Below are positions 34,657 to 36,928 of a DNA stretch of 36,928 bases, piece after piece. The stretch is from Candidatus Parcubacteria bacterium (GTDB taxonomy: Bacteria; Patescibacteriota; Minisyncoccia; 2-02-FULL-40-12; GWA2-44-9), in contig JAIFWG010000003.1 in the NCBI GenBank assembly GCA_019662005.1, positions 1 to 36,928 of the forward strand, written 5' to 3'. How positions within the stretch are numbered: position 1 is the stretch's first letter; each line of letters opens with the position of its first letter. The translations under genes were made by a program, and so were the position numbers. Under the pieces are notes generated by a model that saw only the letters and a list, made by a program, of their open reading frames with translations, was not told where the DNA came from and searched no databases.

Positions 34657-34904
34657 TTCTCCTCTTCCTCAAGACGCTGGAGTAGTGCAGAGCGGCAATC
34701 GTTGAAACCTTCCGAAAAAAAATTCATCGTATCTCCATGATATGCGCTTTCTTTGGATTCTTCAGGCACCCTCTCCCTGACCCAGGCGAAAAATATTTTT
34801 TTTAATTTAGATATTGGCATAAGACAGTAGGGGACAGTCTCATCACCTTTTAAATCTTTCTGAAAATGAGTTGTTAGTTTTTCATCCAGAGTCATCCTGC
34901 ACAT
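34653..34904 (-). CDS. Hypothetical phage protein with PEE...GFNDC motif
   Basis: Track ORF trimmed (start 34904 or 34895); EGFNDCRSALL is a common phage early-gene motif. Confidence 0.65.
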   Translation of the reverse strand: MCRMTLDEKLTTHFQKDLKGDETVPYCLMPISKLKKIFFAWVRERVPEESKESAYHGDTMNFFSEGFNDCRSALLQRLEEEEK

Positions 34905-35316
34905 CCTTTCCCTCCGGCTCTTTGGGTAAAAGCTTGGTGCGTAATTCTCCCGCACAAAATGCCCAAACATTTCGTTTTTCAATTTCTCCATCAGAATCGT
35001 ATTCGTGCGCCCTGTCTAACATGTATTCCGTGACCTGATCCGCGACTTTCTTCCGCTCCGCGAGGACTGCCGCTTCTAATTCAATAATCTTTTTTTCTTG
35101 GGAATTGACCACTCCTTTTTTCCAAACCAAAAGTTCTTTTTTGAGAATTTCAATCTCTTCTTCCAGCGGCCTCCGGGCTTCGAGGGCGTGGGAGGTAAGG
35201 GCTGTTACAATCGCTTGCTTCGCATTCCGAATTCGTTCTTTCTTGGTTAGAATTGCATCATCAACTAAAAAGGTATCTACAATCTGTCTCGCTATCACTT
35301 CCTCATCGTCAGGCAT
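34882..35316 (-). CDS. Hypothetical coiled-coil protein
   Basis: Track ORF 34882-35388; the likely start is MPDDEE at 35316. Confidence 0.6.
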   Translation of the reverse strand: MPDDEEVIARQIVDTFLVDDAILTKKERIRNAKQAIVTALTSHALEARRPLEEEIEILKKELLVWKKGVVNSQEKKIIELEAAVLAERKKVADQVTEYMLDRAHEYDSDGEIEKRNVWAFCAGELRTKLLPKEPEGKDVQDDSG

Positions 35317-35503
35317 GGTTAGACCTATATTTTTTCTCAATCCAGTAAAGGATTTTTCCTTTCTTGTGACAGAATCCGCAAATCTCATTTACCGGAAGCT
35401 TATAATCAAGAATCTTTGAAGTGTCTGGCTCCTCGGCAGGAGTAAGCCACCAGTGAAAACCGAAGAAGCATTTAATTCGTGTCCAAATCCTATCCTCAGG
35501 CAT
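35309..35503 (-). CDS. Small Cys/His protein (CFFGFH.W...CxxC)
   Basis: C.FG.H.W plus CGFC, a prophage DUF1660-like pattern. Confidence 0.65.
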   Translation of the reverse strand: MPEDRIWTRIKCFFGFHWWLTPAEEPDTSKILDYKLPVNEICGFCHKKGKILYWIEKKYRSNHA

Positions 35504-35714
35504 GGAGTTCCCTCATCTTTTGGAATACAGCAATGATGGTTTCCGTCATAATGGTTTCATTGAGTATAATTTGGTTTATCTGGAAAGAATGGAGCTGATA
35601 ACCGCGCCTCAGATTAACTTCAATCACTTGCTGGAACTTATCGCTTATCAGTGGATATTCGGGCTGTCCGGCAAGCCAATTTTTTGTGACTTCTGCAACT
35701 ATAAACTCGCTCAT
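35496..35714 (-). CDS. Hypothetical protein (72 aa)
   Basis: Track ORF with GGAGG RBS and ATGA overlap. Confidence 0.7.
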   Translation of the reverse strand: MSEFIVAEVTKNWLAGQPEYPLISDKFQQVIEVNLRRGYQLHSFQINQIILNETIMTETIIAVFQKMRELHA

Positions 35715-36148
35715 CTTACTTTCCTCCGCTTTGGAAGGTTGGTCAATATTGATTTCATAAGAAACTGAATCATGTAGGCGTACAATTCGTCCGAATCTTC
35801 GGCAAGTCTGACGCCGCGCGCTCTTAATTCAAAGGAAACGGCATGGAAACATTCATGAGCAATTACGTCCGGCGAATGTTCCCGCGTCCAGATAAAGATA
35901 AGCGTTCCAGATTCTTGCGCGTAACAAGTCGTATGGCCTAGCGGTTCATGCTGCTTTTCCTCCGAAACGTCAATGTCGAAATGATGTTTTATAACCTGAC
36001 AATATCCGGCGTAGTTCGGCGCAATCACATAATAATAATTGCTTTGAAAAACTGGTTCCCAGATATGAATCAAAGAGCCGTAGCTTTTAACAACATACTG
36101 AGCCTTGACCCGCACCTTCCTTGTCCGCTCACTCATCCCCATCACCAT
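35711..36148 (-). CDS. HExxH metallopeptidase-like protein
   Basis: VIAHECFHAV...DELYAY; the start is uncertain. Confidence 0.7.
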   Translation of the reverse strand: MVMGMSERTRKVRVKAQYVVKSYGSLIHIWEPVFQSNYYYVIAPNYAGYCQVIKHHFDIDVSEEKQHEPLGHTTCYAQESGTLIFIWTREHSPDVIAHECFHAVSFELRARGVRLAEDSDELYAYMIQFLMKSILTNLPKRRKVR

Positions 36149-36275
36149 AAATTTTAACTTCCGTTAATTCATCTCTTATTCGATCAAGTTCTTTTTTTGA
36201 ATGAACGTCCGAGACATCCTCAATCAATTCTTCCAGGTCTAAAATTATTTTTTCTAAAGTGATTCGGGGGTTCAT
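36129..36275 (-). CDS. Small acidic helical protein (48 aa)
   Basis: Own translation MNPRITLEKIILDLEELIEDVSD...GDE; AAGGA RBS. Confidence 0.6.
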   Translation of the reverse strand: MNPRITLEKIILDLEELIEDVSDVHSKKELDRIRDELTEVKIYGDGDE

Positions 36276-36297
36276 CGTTAAACTTTCCTTGTCCGCT

Positions 36298-36483
36298 TCA
36301 TCGGGCGGCTCTAAGAGCTTCTTTGACGGGGTCTTTTAAATACCAGTCCTCGATTGCTTCTATGTCCCGCATTTTATCCGAGCATATTCGCGGATCTGAG
36401 AGAAACTGCTCGGCGCAAGCGGTGCGATATAAAATTCGTAGAGCTTTCTTAACTAATCGATGTTCTAGTTCTTCTATTCTCAT
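36298..36483 (-). CDS. Hypothetical protein (61 aa)
   Basis: Track ORF with a purine-rich RBS. Confidence 0.65.
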   Translation of the reverse strand: MRIEELEHRLVKKALRILYRTACAEQFLSDPRICSDKMRDIEAIEDWYLKDPVKEALRAAR

Positions 36484-36487
36484 CTCA

Positions 36488-36928
36488 TCCCTTTCCTTCC
36501 CGCTCAGTCGTTGTTTTATTTAAAGCGCATTACAGGTCTAAGCGTGACGTTTCCGCAGCCGCAAGTTTTGCAAAGGATATTAGGTGCATGAGCGGAAACC
36601 GTCATTCCTTTTTTAATTTCTTCCGTCCATGTTTCCCCACAATTTTGACAACTGGCTGTCATGTCATAGGTTGGTTCCTTCATCCTCTTCCATCTCCTTT
36701 TTTATTAAAAGCATCCGCTTTTGAGGGGCGGTGCTGGCGGCGGGCCATTTCAACCCGCACGCTGTTTTAGCATACAACAAGGATTTCTTTCCCTTTCCTT
36801 CCCGCTCAGTCGTTAAGAGGTTTTATTTAAAGCGCATTACAGGTCTAAGCGTGACGTTTCCGCAGCCGCAAGTTTTGCAAAGGATATTAGGTGCATGAGC
36901 GGAAACCGTCATTCCTTTTTTAATTTCT
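36488..36928. repeat. Direct repeat: 36488-36621 and 36790-36928
   Basis: Identical except for 5 extra nt (AAGAG, 36815-36819) in the second copy, which runs to the window end. Confidence 0.95.
36516..36683 (-). CDS. Zn-ribbon protein (55 aa)
   Basis: MKEPTYDMTASCQNCGETW...ILCKTCGCGNVTLRPVMRFK. Confidence 0.7.
   Translation of the reverse strand: MKEPTYDMTASCQNCGETWTEEIKKGMTVSAHAPNILCKTCGCGNVTLRPVMRFK

Overview
The window is most of the genome of a tailed dsDNA phage with podovirus-type organisation; no tape-measure protein, integrase, DNA polymerase, RT, CRISPR array or intact tRNA is visible. Both arms (1-3600 and 33845-36928) hold small leftward early or regulatory genes, including HTH and RHH regulators, a lytic-transglycosylase-like protein and an HNH nuclease. 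The rightward late operon (3750-33843) runs terS, terL, portal, scaffold, SU10-type major capsid, adaptor, tail and fibre proteins, ejection proteins and a lysis cassette. The standout feature is two blocks of glycan-building enzymes inside the structural operon (11774-16994 and 27093-29981): 5 glycosyltransferases, 3 methyltransferase domains, WbqC, a deacetylase and a nucleotidyltransferase-kinase fusion. One glycosyltransferase carries the motif set of eukaryotic polypeptide GalNAc-transferases (GT27, which initiate mucin-type O-glycosylation). About 2.3 kb downstream of it begins a putative virion gene with a ~240-residue Ser/Pro/Thr mucin-like stalk. Together these suggest a phage-encoded mucin-type virion glycosylation system. 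Other notable items are a c4/CI-like antisense RNA switch, a poly-Lys micro-ORF with a structured scaffold leader, two antisense leaderless genes whose -10 boxes are interlocked with the RBS of the divergent late gene, two apparent frameshifts and a terminal duplication. All calls come from reading motifs by eye; no database search was run.
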